Source of the DNA: Spirochaetota bacterium
GTDB taxonomy: Bacteria > Spirochaetota > UBA4802 > UBA5550
Reading direction: 5' to 3'
DNA: 64,000 nt
NCBI GenBank assembly: GCA_963664815.2
Contig: CAXXHB010000003.1
Location: forward strand, 3,616,001 to 3,680,000
The position numbers and the translations under genes are program-made. The notes beneath the pieces are model-generated. The model did no database searches, had not been told where the DNA came from, and saw only the letters and a program-made list of their open reading frames with translations. Positions 10,464-21,260 of the stretch are shown here, one piece after another. Within the stretch, counting starts at the first letter, position 1; each line of letters opens with the position of its first letter.

Positions 10464-10688
10464 TTAAATTAATTCCACAGAAACGCCTTTAGCTTCCGAT
10501 TTGCGTATTGAGATATTATATCCCATAATCTTGACCTGTATCGGGTCACCAAGTAATGCCGACCGTATAACCTTCCCCTCAACATCTTTTGAAAAACCCA
10601 TATCTGCAAGCCTCTTCCCCGTTTCACCCCGCAGATTTACCTTTTTTATTTTAAATTTATCTCCGTTGTTTAAATCAGCTATGACCAT
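10464..10688 (-). CDS. feoA: Ferrous iron transport protein A
   Basis: RLADMGF...ALLGDPI...ISIRKSEA. True start is probably MVIADL at 10688, after a GAGGG RBS. Confidence 0.9.
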   Translation of the reverse strand: MVIADLNNGDKFKIKKVNLRGETGKRLADMGFSKDVEGKVIRSALLGDPIQVKIMGYNISIRKSEAKGVSVELI

Positions 10689-10706
10689 AAAATCCCTCTC
10701 TATAGT

Positions 10707-10730
10707 AATTATGATAATCATTATCATAAT
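10707..10730. promoter_or_regulatory. Fur box upstream of feoA
   Basis: AATTATGATAATCATTATC matches 17/19 of GATAATGATAATCATTATC and lies in the dyad ATTATGATAAT-C-ATTATCATAAT. Confidence 0.88.
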
Positions 10731-10744
10731 AATGTTAAAAAAAT

Positions 10745-11188
10745 TTATCCCCTCCTGCATGCAGGGCATATCCCATAAAGGTTAAGACGATGATTAATTA
10801 ACTCAAAGCCGTGGCTGGCTGATATCTTTTTCTGAATTTTTTCTATCTCCGGAGAAACTATCTCCACAAATATACCACATTTTGTACAGATCAGATGATC
10901 ATGATGATTCTTATCATCATTTATTTCATAGCGGGTTACACCATCATCTACAACAATTTCTTTACATATCCCTATACTGCAGAAAAGCTTAAGAGCCCTG
11001 TATATAGTTGCAATACCCAGATTTGGAATATTCTCCCTGCATATATCATACAATTCCTCAGCTGTCAGATGCTTCCCGGAATTGTAAAATATTTTAAGTA
11101 TATCTTCTCTCTGTATACTGGATTTAAGATTTTCGCTTTTAAGATATTCCCCCAGCCTTATTAATATTTCATTTAATGTTATATTCAT
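10745..11188 (-). CDS. fur: Fur family transcriptional regulator
   Basis: HLTAEELY, IATIYRAL, HHDHLICTKCG, C-terminal CPAC. Adjacent to feoAB and Fur boxes. Confidence 0.9.
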   Translation of the reverse strand: MNITLNEILIRLGEYLKSENLKSSIQREDILKIFYNSGKHLTAEELYDICRENIPNLGIATIYRALKLFCSIGICKEIVVDDGVTRYEINDDKNHHDHLICTKCGIFVEIVSPEIEKIQKKISASHGFELINHRLNLYGICPACRRG

Positions 11189-11241
11189 ATTGACCTTTAT
11201 CGATATTGATAATAATTATCAATATCGATAAAGGTCAATAT
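11187..11241. promoter_or_regulatory. 55-bp perfect inverted repeat centred on a Fur box, overlapping the fur RBS and start
   Basis: ATATTGACCTTTATCGATATTGATAAT-A-ATTATCAATATCGATAAAGGTCAATAT, with core TGATAAT-N-ATTATCA. Confidence 0.85.
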
Positions 11242-11318
11242 CTGTCAATTAAATTATTTAAAATATTTCATGTATCCATTGTCAGGTTATTATGAAAAGC
11301 AATACAGTCTGCAGCCGA

Positions 11319-12251
11319 TTACTCGCCTTTATAAACAAATTTAACCGGACCTTTCCCGTCATATTCAAATTTAGCTTTAAGCTTTACCCTCTGTTCAAGA
11401 AGACATCTGAATTTTTTATCACGATGGTTGCGTATCTGTACCGTCATTATATCAGAACCCTGTTTAAGTGAAATGATCCTTGACTCTGCACTGCTGAACC
11501 AGTAGTCTTCGCGTATAGATGCAACATTCATAAATACAGTATCGTTTAATGATCCTATCTGCCGCTTGCTTAAGCCAAGAAATGATGGAATATGCGTATG
11601 ACCGCAAAGCCAGAGTTCAACCTTCTCCTTTTTCAGAATTTCTGTGAACCTTTCCGAACCCTGGACATTCCTGTATGAAATAAGATTATAGATAAACCCG
11701 CTCCCTCCAAGATGCGAATGAGTCACGGTTATTATATTCTTATCGCGGTTTGTTTCAACAAGGTTTCTCCACCAGTTAAACGCTCCGTCCGAAATATCTG
11801 AACCGGAACTGTCCTTTTCATCGGAAAGAAGAATAATAATCAGATTCCCGTACTGTACCGCATAATGCAGCGGTTTCTTCGTTGCCTTGAGGTAAGCGTC
11901 GATATTCCTGGCATCATGGTTCCCGGCAATCTCATAAAGATCAGGTATTCCGGCTCTGCTGTATATGTTATAAAACCATATATAGGCATCTTCGGCCCGG
12001 TATTCATCCCCATACTGCGCTATGTCACCAACGCAGATTGACGCATCAATATTCTTCATGTGTGCTATATCATCAACAGCAATCTCAAAACAGAGCCGCT
12101 CCTTCTGATTACGGGGTTGAATATCTCCGAATGCCCAGAGAACAAGATCATCGGGATTAAAAACAGCTGTCGGAGGTTCTTCAGCATACAGTGTTAAAAG
12201 CGGGACGGTGCATAAAATGAAAAGAAAAAGGACTTTCCGCATTATTTTCAC
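11319..12251 (-). CDS. Exported calcineurin-like metallophosphoesterase
   Basis: GDIQ, VGD, GNHD, THSH, GHTH motifs and a signal peptide. Confidence 0.85.
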   Translation of the reverse strand: MKIMRKVLFLFILCTVPLLTLYAEEPPTAVFNPDDLVLWAFGDIQPRNQKERLCFEIAVDDIAHMKNIDASICVGDIAQYGDEYRAEDAYIWFYNIYSRAGIPDLYEIAGNHDARNIDAYLKATKKPLHYAVQYGNLIIILLSDEKDSSGSDISDGAFNWWRNLVETNRDKNIITVTHSHLGGSGFIYNLISYRNVQGSERFTEILKKEKVELWLCGHTHIPSFLGLSKRQIGSLNDTVFMNVASIREDYWFSSAESRIISLKQGSDIMTVQIRNHRDKKFRCLLEQRVKLKAKFEYDGKGPVKFVYKGE

Positions 12252-12529
12252 CTTTTTTTATTGAAATGAGTTAAATCGTTTATGACATTAAAAATGTTTT
12301 AAAAATCAGACAACTGTATTTTTAGCGATAAAGATCAATTTATTTTTTAACAGATTAATATATCTTATAATAATAATCATATTATAATTAATAAAAACAT
12401 ACTAAAAACATGGACAGTATTTAATCTGTAAACTTAATTTTTAACATAATAGGTTTTATACTATCTCTACGGACTTTTTTCAGGTTATTTTATAATTTCT
12501 TTCATCTTCATAATAAGTATACTATATCC

Positions 12530-14623
12530 TCATGTTTTAAATGACGCCACAACGGAACTGATCTCCGTTGAAAGATCTGAAACAGTCCGGGAATTTCCGG
12601 ATACTTCCTCAGCTGAAGATGCCGTTGACTGTGCTATGGAGCTTATATCTGTTATCGCCTTGACAATTTCACTGAACGCAAATTTCTGTTCCTCTGACGC
12701 ATTTTTAATCTGGCTGCTTAATATCTGGAGAGAATCTATCTGACTGCCTATTTCAGATTTTATTTTTATCTGTTCCTCAGTGTTCCTGAAAATTCCCTGC
12801 ATCCTTTCAGAAATGCTGGCAATCTGGTGTGTAATGTTCCCGAGAATATTTATTGATTTGAGAACAGTATCCATCCCCTGTCCGATTTCATCTTTATTTA
12901 TTTTTATAAGTGTGTCAATATCCTTTAGACTTGTTGAAGTCTGATCTGCAAGTTTTGATATCTCCTCGGCAACAACAGCAAAACCCTTCCCGGCATCACC
13001 TGCGCGTGCTGCTTCAATAGCAGCATTTAACGACAGAAGGTTGATTCTGTCCGATATATCATCTATAATCTCAACAATCCCCGTCATCTTCTGTGAACTG
13101 TCTGTAATCTTAACCATACTGTTATTCATCAGCTTAAGATGCTTATCTCCCGAGAGGGCTTCCTCGGATATTTTCCCTGAAAGACTTACAGAATCTTTCA
13201 CAGTCGATTCAAGATTTACAATATTGTCTGAAAGCCTCGAAATCATCGATATAAGAAGGTTAAACTTTTCATGCTGCACAGCAGATATGTCAGATGTATT
13301 CTCTGTCGTTGCTGCAAGCTGTTCAACAGTAGAGGTCATCTCCTCTGATGATGCTGCCTGCCTCTGTGCATTATCCGAAAGAGTTACTGATGAATTATTC
13401 AGTTCTGTTGACGATACCGTAAGAGAATCAGCCGACTTTTTAATAAGGGAAACTATGCTTCTGATCTTTGATGTGAAAATATTAAAACTGGAGGCGAACG
13501 CCCCTATTTCATCATCCGCCTCTATATCTATTTTTCTGGTCAGATCACCCCCCCCCTCTGCTATCTCCTTCATCATAACGTTAATCCGCTTCATCGGAGA
13601 CAGCTGTTTTCCGATAATTATATTCATGAAAAAAAACAGCACCCCGACAAGTACCAGGGACACAAACAGGGAGACAATACTGTTTCTTACTGCATCGGAT
13701 AAAAATTCACCATCGGGGATCATTACGCCGTAGACCATGTTGTTTGCCGTCATAATTGAAAATACGTGATAATCTGAATCAGCAATCTCCGCTTTCCTGT
13801 AGGAACATGCATCAGGTTTTAAATCAGCAGAGGATGCAATACTGTTTAAAAGCGGTACCTGGCTGATATCCTTCATTACCATGCTGCCGTCAATGGTGTA
13901 TGAGATAATTTTCTTTGAACCGAGATCAGCCAGAAACGTTTTTGAATTTGGTGTAATTCTTATATCATTCAGAAATTTTAATATTTCACTTAAAGACCAG
14001 TCTACAGTTGATATACCTATAATCCTTTTCTGAGCATCAAACATAAATGTATCAACGGTAATCATAAGGGAATTAGTCCCGCTTTCATCAACGTATGGAG
14101 CTGTCCAGTAAAACTCTTTCTCCCTCTTTTTAGTCCTGTCCCATCCATCAGGTAGAGCAAAGGTATACCAGCTCTGCCCCGGGTAATTATACTTTTCAGT
14201 ATTAAGATCCCAGGTAAACACAACTTTACCGTTTTCAAAAAATGCATAAGGCCCATACAGTTTTACACCAGGATCAAGAGCATGAGGATCATACCAGATC
14301 CCCCCGCCGATAGCAGCTTTGAATCCGGCAAATGTAGAAATAAGATATTTCTTCATCGAAGCTTCATTGCCGGCTTTATTATTCCGGTAAGTCTCGTAAT
14401 AATATGAGCCATATATGGCCAGATTCATCGCGCAGTTTTCCATAAGCCCCACAGATTTATTGATTCTCCCTACGTTTACCATGGTAACTTTTTCAATTTC
14501 ACAGATCTTCGACTTCCTGTAATTCAGATATGCGATTATCTGCGAAATTGAAAAAACCACAATAAATAGAATTGAAAACAGCACAATAACTGACAGTATC
14601 TTATATCTTATACTCTTTACCAT
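12530..14623 (-). CDS. Methyl-accepting chemotaxis protein with dCache and HAMP domains
   Basis: Two TMs, WY...WTAPYVD Cache motif, NLLSLNAAIEAARAGDAGKGFAVVAEEI. Confidence 0.95.
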   Translation of the reverse strand: MVKSIRYKILSVIVLFSILFIVVFSISQIIAYLNYRKSKICEIEKVTMVNVGRINKSVGLMENCAMNLAIYGSYYYETYRNNKAGNEASMKKYLISTFAGFKAAIGGGIWYDPHALDPGVKLYGPYAFFENGKVVFTWDLNTEKYNYPGQSWYTFALPDGWDRTKKREKEFYWTAPYVDESGTNSLMITVDTFMFDAQKRIIGISTVDWSLSEILKFLNDIRITPNSKTFLADLGSKKIISYTIDGSMVMKDISQVPLLNSIASSADLKPDACSYRKAEIADSDYHVFSIMTANNMVYGVMIPDGEFLSDAVRNSIVSLFVSLVLVGVLFFFMNIIIGKQLSPMKRINVMMKEIAEGGGDLTRKIDIEADDEIGAFASSFNIFTSKIRSIVSLIKKSADSLTVSSTELNNSSVTLSDNAQRQAASSEEMTSTVEQLAATTENTSDISAVQHEKFNLLISMISRLSDNIVNLESTVKDSVSLSGKISEEALSGDKHLKLMNNSMVKITDSSQKMTGIVEIIDDISDRINLLSLNAAIEAARAGDAGKGFAVVAEEISKLADQTSTSLKDIDTLIKINKDEIGQGMDTVLKSINILGNITHQIASISERMQGIFRNTEEQIKIKSEIGSQIDSLQILSSQIKNASEEQKFAFSEIVKAITDISSIAQSTASSAEEVSGNSRTVSDLSTEISSVVASFKT

Positions 14624-14762
14624 TAAAATACCCTCTTATTTCCTTCAATTTTCCCGGTATACCATGATTCAAACAAAAAAAATCGAGTGTATCATGTTTA
14701 TAAAATATACTATATACATGTCTATGCGATTTTCAAAAAAAACATTACAGAAAATAATAATA

Positions 14763-14914
14763 ACTTGAGTTAGGCATTTTTATGCAGGGATGTCGAAGGG
14801 TGTACGGAGGATATACGGAGGGTGTATTAAAGGTGTAAATATTTAAATGACATGTAAGAATATTTTTTTCATAATAAATTGTATTTTTATAAATAAAATC
14901 TGCCTAACTCAAGT
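14763..14914. mobile_element. Putative MITE (152 bp) with 14-bp terminal inverted repeats
   Basis: ACTTGAGTTAGGCA (14763-14776) and TGCCTAACTCAAGT (14901-14914). Flanks AATAATAATA and AACAATAATA resemble a target duplication. Confidence 0.55.
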
Positions 14915-14923
14915 AACAATAAT

Positions 14924-14955
14924 AAAAAAAGGGCTGCCCACAGTGGCAGCCCTTT
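14924..14955 (-). terminator. Rho-independent terminator of the acyl-CoA dehydrogenase gene
   Basis: AAAGGGCTGCC-6nt-GGCAGCCCTTT followed by a T-tract on the minus strand. Confidence 0.85.
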
Positions 14956-14996
14956 AACACTTAGCTGTAAATATATAAATGTAGCTGTAATTATGC

Positions 14997-16871
14997 TTAC
15001 AGATTTTCTCCGCATGCAAAACTTGCATCATTAATACTCATAAGAGACATATCCTCTTTCTTTATCGCTTCAGCATATGATTTAGCTGTCGGAAGTACAT
15101 TCTTTATGTAATACTCTGCACTGTAAACTTTCCCCTGATAGAAAGCAGCTTCTTTATCGTCGTTTGGAAGATTTCTGATGGCTTTTTTATCATTGGGATC
15201 AATTCCCTTCGATTTGTATATTGCCTGAAGTTTCTCCTCTGCAACACCTGCCATCCATAACTGCAGCCATGCAAGTGAAATACAGCCGACAAGATTGAGG
15301 AATGGATATGCATTGGTAATAGGTATCATAAACTTCCCTTCTTTACCGCAATTTGCAAAATACATTCCCATTGCCGCCATAAGGTCAACATACTCCTTGA
15401 CATCCTTTGCCATATCTGACAGTCTCGCTTCCCCTTTATACTGTTCAATGGTTTTATTCATTTCACCGAGGTAATTCATGAAAACCATACCTTTCTTCGC
15501 ACCGAGTTTTCTACCCACAAGATCAAGCGCCTGAATACCATTTGTTCCCTCATAGAGAGAAGCAATTTTCAAATCTCTCATAAACTGGTGCATCGGGTAA
15601 TCGTTGCAGAAACCATAGCCGCCGAAGCACTGTATACCAAGCTCTGTTACCCTGAATCCCATATCTGTTCCATATGCTTTACATACAGGGATCAGGAAGT
15701 CCATAATACCGGACCATTTATCAACTTCTTCACCTGAACTGGCGTGTGCTTTATCAAGACAGAGTGAGCAGAGGTAAACCAGTGCCCTGAGTCCTTCTGT
15801 ATGGGATTTCATCCACATAAGCATTCTTCTTACATCGGGGTGCTGAATAATCGGAACGCTTGGAGCATCGGGATTCATTGAATCCTTAAGATTTTTCCCC
15901 TGTATCCTTTCTTTGCAGTAAGCAAGAGCATGGAGATAGGAAACTGATGCCGTACTTGAACCCTGAAGCCCCATCCCGAGACGCGCTTCATTCATCATCT
16001 GGAACATGATAGCCATACCCTTTCTCTCTTCTCCGAGCAGTTCCCCTATACAGTCATTGTCGCTGCCAAAGCTCATTGAGCATGTGCCGTTCCCCTTAAG
16101 ACCCATCTTATGTTCAATTCCAGTACATACTACATCGTTAAACTTCCCGAGGCTTCCATCTTCATTAACCCTGTATTTCGGAACAAGGAAAATGGAAATA
16201 CCCTTTGTACCACCCGGATCCCCTTCAATCCTTGCAAGAACCGGGTGAACAACATTTTCAAAAAGATCATTTTCACCGGATGTAATGAATATCTTAGCGC
16301 CTGTGATTTTATAAGTTCCATCAGGTTGTTTTATTGCCTTTGTTTTTAAAGCTCCCACATCAGAACCTGCATCAGGCTCAGTAAGACACATTGAACCGCC
16401 CCACTTCTGGGCATACATCTTGTCCATATAAAGCCTTTTCTGTCTCTCTGTACCGAAAACCTCAATCAAATGGCCTGCACCTGTTGCCGCTTCGGGATAA
16501 AGCTGAAATCCCATATGAAATGAATAATACTCGTTTGCTGCCATACAAATTACATAAGGCATACCCTGCCCGCCTGCTTCCGGGCTTATACCCATTGTGA
16601 AAAGGCCGGCTTCAGTCATTATTTTGTGTACTTCCCGGTATTGAGGTGGTATTGTTACCTTCCCCTTGTCGAATTTCGCTCCGCCTTCACTGTCAACTTC
16701 CTGGTAACAACCGAGTACATGTTCTTCACAAATCTGTTTAGTGAGATCAAGAGTCATTTCAAACATATCCTGATCAAAATCGGCGAATTGTTCAGTCTTG
16801 AGAAGATCCTGAACTTTTAGAAGTTCAAAAAGTACAAACTTCTGGTCACGTGAATCAACTATACGATCCAT
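14997..16871 (-). CDS. Acyl-CoA dehydrogenase (long type with C-terminal extension)
   Basis: MCLTEPDAGSDVG, KIFITSGE, GTKGISIFLVPK, EHKMG, QCFGGYGF, LYEGTNGIQALDL. ATG at 16871 follows GAGGT. Confidence 0.95.
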   Translation of the reverse strand: MDRIVDSRDQKFVLFELLKVQDLLKTEQFADFDQDMFEMTLDLTKQICEEHVLGCYQEVDSEGGAKFDKGKVTIPPQYREVHKIMTEAGLFTMGISPEAGGQGMPYVICMAANEYYSFHMGFQLYPEAATGAGHLIEVFGTERQKRLYMDKMYAQKWGGSMCLTEPDAGSDVGALKTKAIKQPDGTYKITGAKIFITSGENDLFENVVHPVLARIEGDPGGTKGISIFLVPKYRVNEDGSLGKFNDVVCTGIEHKMGLKGNGTCSMSFGSDNDCIGELLGEERKGMAIMFQMMNEARLGMGLQGSSTASVSYLHALAYCKERIQGKNLKDSMNPDAPSVPIIQHPDVRRMLMWMKSHTEGLRALVYLCSLCLDKAHASSGEEVDKWSGIMDFLIPVCKAYGTDMGFRVTELGIQCFGGYGFCNDYPMHQFMRDLKIASLYEGTNGIQALDLVGRKLGAKKGMVFMNYLGEMNKTIEQYKGEARLSDMAKDVKEYVDLMAAMGMYFANCGKEGKFMIPITNAYPFLNLVGCISLAWLQLWMAGVAEEKLQAIYKSKGIDPNDKKAIRNLPNDDKEAAFYQGKVYSAEYYIKNVLPTAKSYAEAIKKEDMSLMSINDASFACGENL

Positions 16872-17557
16872 AGAAAACCTCACTTTTTTAGTTTTAGAGT
16901 AACTCTTTTTGCAGTAAAACCGGGATTCTGAATTTTCTATGAGCTGTGCCGCTCTCTTTAGCTATAAATGCTCATTAAGCTGATCGAACAAACCTGCTTT
17001 ACCTTAAAATATTGATTATCAGGATTCATGGTTTTTTATTTTTAATTTCAGTAATAATTTCCGAACACGTATTTAGTGTAAAAAATACTATCTCCCCACA
17101 GTTCAGTCATCTGAAACAGGGGGATTAAAGTATTTTTTCACTTATCAGAGTTAAGAAAATAAAACTGAGTTTTTTAGTATATGAACCCAGTATTCAATTA
17201 GTTTACTATATAAATATTCAGGTAGATAAATATCCAGCAATTTTTGTTTTTTTTTTAAAATTACAGTTCATAAATAAATACGGCGTTCAGAGAGCACTTG
17301 ACTCATTTACAACTCCTGAAAAATATACGGAGACTATATTCGTAATCATTCTATCAACACTAAAGGAATTAATAATGAAGAAGCCATACTTCATTAAATA
17401 ATATGCAGGTTCACATCCAATAATCCCACCATCTATAATCACACAATCCGCAATTTCCACACGGATTAAATTTCTGTTTCATGTATCAATTCACCAGGAA
17501 AGTTTATATCCTGTGCCGGATACCTGCTATTTGCCCCCGGAATACCATATTAACTGA

Positions 17558-18673
17558 TTATTCCCAGTATATTATTTCTTCAATTACTCTCAGTAATTCA
17601 TTTATATCATGCTGATAAACATTACCGATATTACCTATACGGAATGTGTCTCTCTCGGTTATCTTTCCCGGATAAATTACATAACCATTTTTCTTTAACT
17701 CTTCATAGAATTTCCGAAATGAATATTTATCGCTTTCCGGTGAAAGAAAACTTGTTATTATCGGTGAATGCAGTTTATCAGGCAGAAGTGTACTGAATCC
17801 CAGCTCTCTCATACCGGATACAAGAGTTTTCTGGTTCAATAAGTACCGGCTGTTTCTTTCATGTATACCACCCTCTTTGTCAAGTTCTAACAAAGCCTCA
17901 TGAAATGCCCGTACCACATGTGTAGGTGATGTAAATCTCCATTTTCCATTATTCAGTTCCATTGTCTCCCACTGATCATATACATCCAGAGAATGAGACC
18001 TTGAGAAGCCCTTTGTCTGCCTGAGCTTTTCTTTGTCAGCTATAATAAAACCAAAACCAGGCACTCCCTGAAGGCATTTATTTGAGCTGCTTACAAGGTA
18101 ATCAATTTTATAATCATTCATATCTAATTCTATGCCGCCGAAACTGCTCATGGCATCAACGATATAATTCTTATTATATTTCTCTGCAAGAGCACCGATC
18201 TCCTTAACCGGATTGATTATACCGGTTGTCGTTTCAACATGTACAACGGCTATATGGGTTATATCACAATCAATCTTCAGTGTTTCCTCAATTTCATTCA
18301 GGTCAGGAAGAGATGTTTCATCCGCCTGAATCAGAACACAATCAATCTTCAGCATTGATGCAATCCTGTGAATTCTCAGACCATATGCACCATTGGCAAT
18401 CACAAGAAGTTTACCGTCATCAGGTATTACTGATCCCAATACGGCTTCTACTGAAAAAGTACCGCTCCCCTGCATCAGAATTGAAGTATATTTTCCTGCG
18501 GCGATTGAGGCCAGCTTCGTTAACCGGCTCCTTATATCCTGTACAATACTGTTATAATCATCATCCCAAGTACACCAGTCACGAAGCATTACCGATTTAA
18601 CCCTCTTTGATGTTGAAAGAGGTCCCGGCGTTAAAAGCAGATACGGATTTTCCGGTATATTGTTTAACTTCAT
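17558..18673 (-). CDS. phnW: 2-aminoethylphosphonate:pyruvate transaminase
   Basis: [56 protein letters not shown] before 18673. Confidence 0.96.
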   Translation of the reverse strand: MKLNNIPENPYLLLTPGPLSTSKRVKSVMLRDWCTWDDDYNSIVQDIRSRLTKLASIAAGKYTSILMQGSGTFSVEAVLGSVIPDDGKLLVIANGAYGLRIHRIASMLKIDCVLIQADETSLPDLNEIEETLKIDCDITHIAVVHVETTTGIINPVKEIGALAEKYNKNYIVDAMSSFGGIELDMNDYKIDYLVSSSNKCLQGVPGFGFIIADKEKLRQTKGFSRSHSLDVYDQWETMELNNGKWRFTSPTHVVRAFHEALLELDKEGGIHERNSRYLLNQKTLVSGMRELGFSTLLPDKLHSPIITSFLSPESDKYSFRKFYEELKKNGYVIYPGKITERDTFRIGNIGNVYQHDINELLRVIEEIIYWE

Positions 18674-18696
18674 AAATCCTCCGTCAGTTAGAATTT

Positions 18697-19530
18697 TCAT
18701 TTCAACGGGCCTGCCATTATCTGATTTATCTTTTCAATTACCTCATCCAGTTCACGAAGATCATCTATTACAAAGTGGGCCCCGAACGAAATAAATGTCC
18801 TGATGGCGGCTTCTCTCCTCAGATTAAACTGCTTTTCCCCGAAACTTCTCTCTTCCCGGAGAGATAGTCCCAGCTCACTGCTTCCGCGAATTACACCGAT
18901 ACTCCAGCATCCGGAGTTAATGCCCTCCTCAATATCACTTGCAGTATCACCAACTTTTACTATTGAATGCATTGGAAAAACATTTAGATTAATGGCATTT
19001 TGATAACACATCCAGGGTGATGGTCTGCCCGCGGGAAGATTATCCGGAGTGAGTACACAATCCGGCGAATAGCCGTTTCTTTTTACATCCGGAAGAATCA
19101 TCTCCATTGTCTCTTTTGTATAACCTGTCGTGGATCCGATTTTAATACCCGCTCTACGTAAACTGTCAACTGCTTCCAGTGTATGAGGTTTTATATCCAC
19201 GTGATTCATTACACTATCCATCAGGAAGCGATCAAACTCTTTATATATTGCATCAACATCGCTCTCTTCCGGTGAACTTCCATGAATGCTTATCCATAGT
19301 TTTCTCACTCTTCCTCCGGACAGTATCTTTCTTATATGTTCTTTCTTTGGAAGCCCCATAGGGGCCCTCACTTCCCCGATAGAAAGATCAATTCCGGACA
19401 TTTTAAATGAAGTGATAAATGCTTCAACCGGGGCAAAACACCCGTAATCAATAGTTGTCCCGGCCCAGTCAAAGATAACAGCCTGTATTTTATGACCTGT
19501 TTTAATCGTCATGGAATTATCTATAATCAT
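18697..19530 (-). CDS. phnX: Phosphonoacetaldehyde hydrolase (phosphonatase)
   Basis: [50 protein letters not shown] overlap with the permease stop. Confidence 0.96.
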   Translation of the reverse strand: MIIDNSMTIKTGHKIQAVIFDWAGTTIDYGCFAPVEAFITSFKMSGIDLSIGEVRAPMGLPKKEHIRKILSGGRVRKLWISIHGSSPEESDVDAIYKEFDRFLMDSVMNHVDIKPHTLEAVDSLRRAGIKIGSTTGYTKETMEMILPDVKRNGYSPDCVLTPDNLPAGRPSPWMCYQNAINLNVFPMHSIVKVGDTASDIEEGINSGCWSIGVIRGSSELGLSLREERSFGEKQFNLRREAAIRTFISFGAHFVIDDLRELDEVIEKINQIMAGPLK

Positions 19531-21248
19531 CCCAAACTCCATTTTTGTGTTTTGTCATTTACATATCTGCGGAATATCCCGAATAAAAGTATAAATAAAG
19601 TATTTGTAAACAGTATCAATATGGACAACGCTGCAGCTTCTATTGTATCACCCGCGTCGTCCATATTTACAATCGCTATTGATGCCAGTTTCAGTTCAGA
19701 ACTGTAAATAAAAATCACAGCAGACACGGTAACCATTGAATTTACAAAAAAGTATGAGAATACTTCCATAATTGAGGGAATGGCTATTGGAGTTGTCACC
19801 TTCATCATTGTATAATAGAAAGGCACACCTAGTGATGCTGAAACCTTTTCAAATTCACTATCCATCTTTCTAAGTATGGAAGAGTAAGTAATAGTCGGAA
19901 CCGAGAAGAAATGTACTATATTAGCAAGCACAAGTATAGCCGCGGTTCCATAAACAGCATTAAGCGGATTTCTGAATTCGATATCAGTAAATGGGACTGA
20001 AAACACATCAGCGTTAAACAGAAAAATATATGAAAGACCTATTACAATACCGGGAAGCGCCATTGGGATAAGCGACATCAGATAATTAAATTTTCTTAAT
20101 ATCCGAAGAACCTCTGTTTTCTCGGTAAAGTAAGAGTTTATATAAACTATCAACGTTCCTGATAACGCCGTTATCGAAGCAATTCTTAAAGAATTGTAAT
20201 ATGGTTTAAGGCCATCACCGGCTACGTTCTTTAGTGTATAATGAGAAAGTGTAAAGCTCAGGTCGTATGGCCAGTTTTTCATTACTGACGCGAATATCAC
20301 CGATCCCAATATAAGTAAAATCATAACCGATATAGACATGCAGAATATAAAAAAAATCATATCCCTTACTGTTTTCTTTTTTATAACATATGGAGTTGAA
20401 CGAGACGTAATCATTGCATGCGACTGTTTCTGGTTAAGTATGTCAATAACGAACGATATTACCGCAGGTACCATCAGTAAAATACCAACCAGTGCCCCCA
20501 TATTGAAATTCTGCTGACCAATAACCTGTTTGTATATATCAGTTGCGAGTACATTGTAGTTGCCGCCTATAATCTTCGGCGCACCGAAATCGGTGAAGCA
20601 TAAAGTAAATGAAACAAAAAATGAACTGATAAGTCCATACCTGATCCCCGGAATTGTAATCTCCGTAAACTTGTGAAATGAATTTCCGCCGAGAGAGGTC
20701 GATGCTTCGTATAACCTGTAATCAGTACTTGAAAGCGATGCGTACAGTATCATATATACCTGGGGAAAGGTATATATCAGTTCACATATAATTATACCCG
20801 CCGGCCCGTAAATTTTAAATGGAAGGTTAAATCCGCCATCCACCAATCCCATAAACCCCGTTGTGACAATCCCCTTGTTGCCGAATATATAGATAAGAGC
20901 AAGAGCATAGAGCATTGTAGGCGCAAAAAGAGGGAGCATCGCGGTGAGCCTGAAAAACTTTTTCCCTTTTATTGATGTTCTTGATAATCCGTAAGCATAA
21001 ACAAACCCGAAGAACATGGAAATTAAAGTTGTAACTATTGAAATAAAAAACGTATTTGATAATGAAACCATCATATTCGGTGTTGAAAAATAATCGGAGA
21101 AATTCTGCAAGCCTACAAAAACATTATTCCTGTTAAAAAAAGCCTTGGCAAAAAGAATCGAGACCGGAAGCAGAACCGATATAATAAAAAACAGTGAGAT
21201 AAGAAGTACAAATAATACTTTTACAGATTTCTCATATTTTCTGATCAT
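19527..21248 (-). CDS. 2-aminoethylphosphonate ABC transporter permease (fused two-domain)
   Basis: Multiple TMs, LYEAS..LG, FTDFGAPKIIGG, YFFVNSMVTVSAVIF; lies within the phn operon. Confidence 0.9.
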   Translation of the reverse strand: MIRKYEKSVKVLFVLLISLFFIISVLLPVSILFAKAFFNRNNVFVGLQNFSDYFSTPNMMVSLSNTFFISIVTTLISMFFGFVYAYGLSRTSIKGKKFFRLTAMLPLFAPTMLYALALIYIFGNKGIVTTGFMGLVDGGFNLPFKIYGPAGIIICELIYTFPQVYMILYASLSSTDYRLYEASTSLGGNSFHKFTEITIPGIRYGLISSFFVSFTLCFTDFGAPKIIGGNYNVLATDIYKQVIGQQNFNMGALVGILLMVPAVISFVIDILNQKQSHAMITSRSTPYVIKKKTVRDMIFFIFCMSISVMILLILGSVIFASVMKNWPYDLSFTLSHYTLKNVAGDGLKPYYNSLRIASITALSGTLIVYINSYFTEKTEVLRILRKFNYLMSLIPMALPGIVIGLSYIFLFNADVFSVPFTDIEFRNPLNAVYGTAAILVLANIVHFFSVPTITYSSILRKMDSEFEKVSASLGVPFYYTMMKVTTPIAIPSIMEVFSYFFVNSMVTVSAVIFIYSSELKLASIAIVNMDDAGDTIEAAALSILILFTNTLFILLFGIFRRYVNDKTQKWSLG

Positions 21249-21260
21249 TTACCGGTTCTC

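Noticed and set aside
10689-10769. N-terminal extension of FeoA given in the ORF track
   Set aside because: It translates the Fur box (IIMIMIII) and overlaps fur. A good RBS precedes the ATG at 10688.
17075-17142. Long imperfect hairpin upstream of the acyl-CoA dehydrogenase gene as an ncRNA
   Set aside because: Mostly A/T pairing with no recognisable family features. It may be a terminator-like structure.
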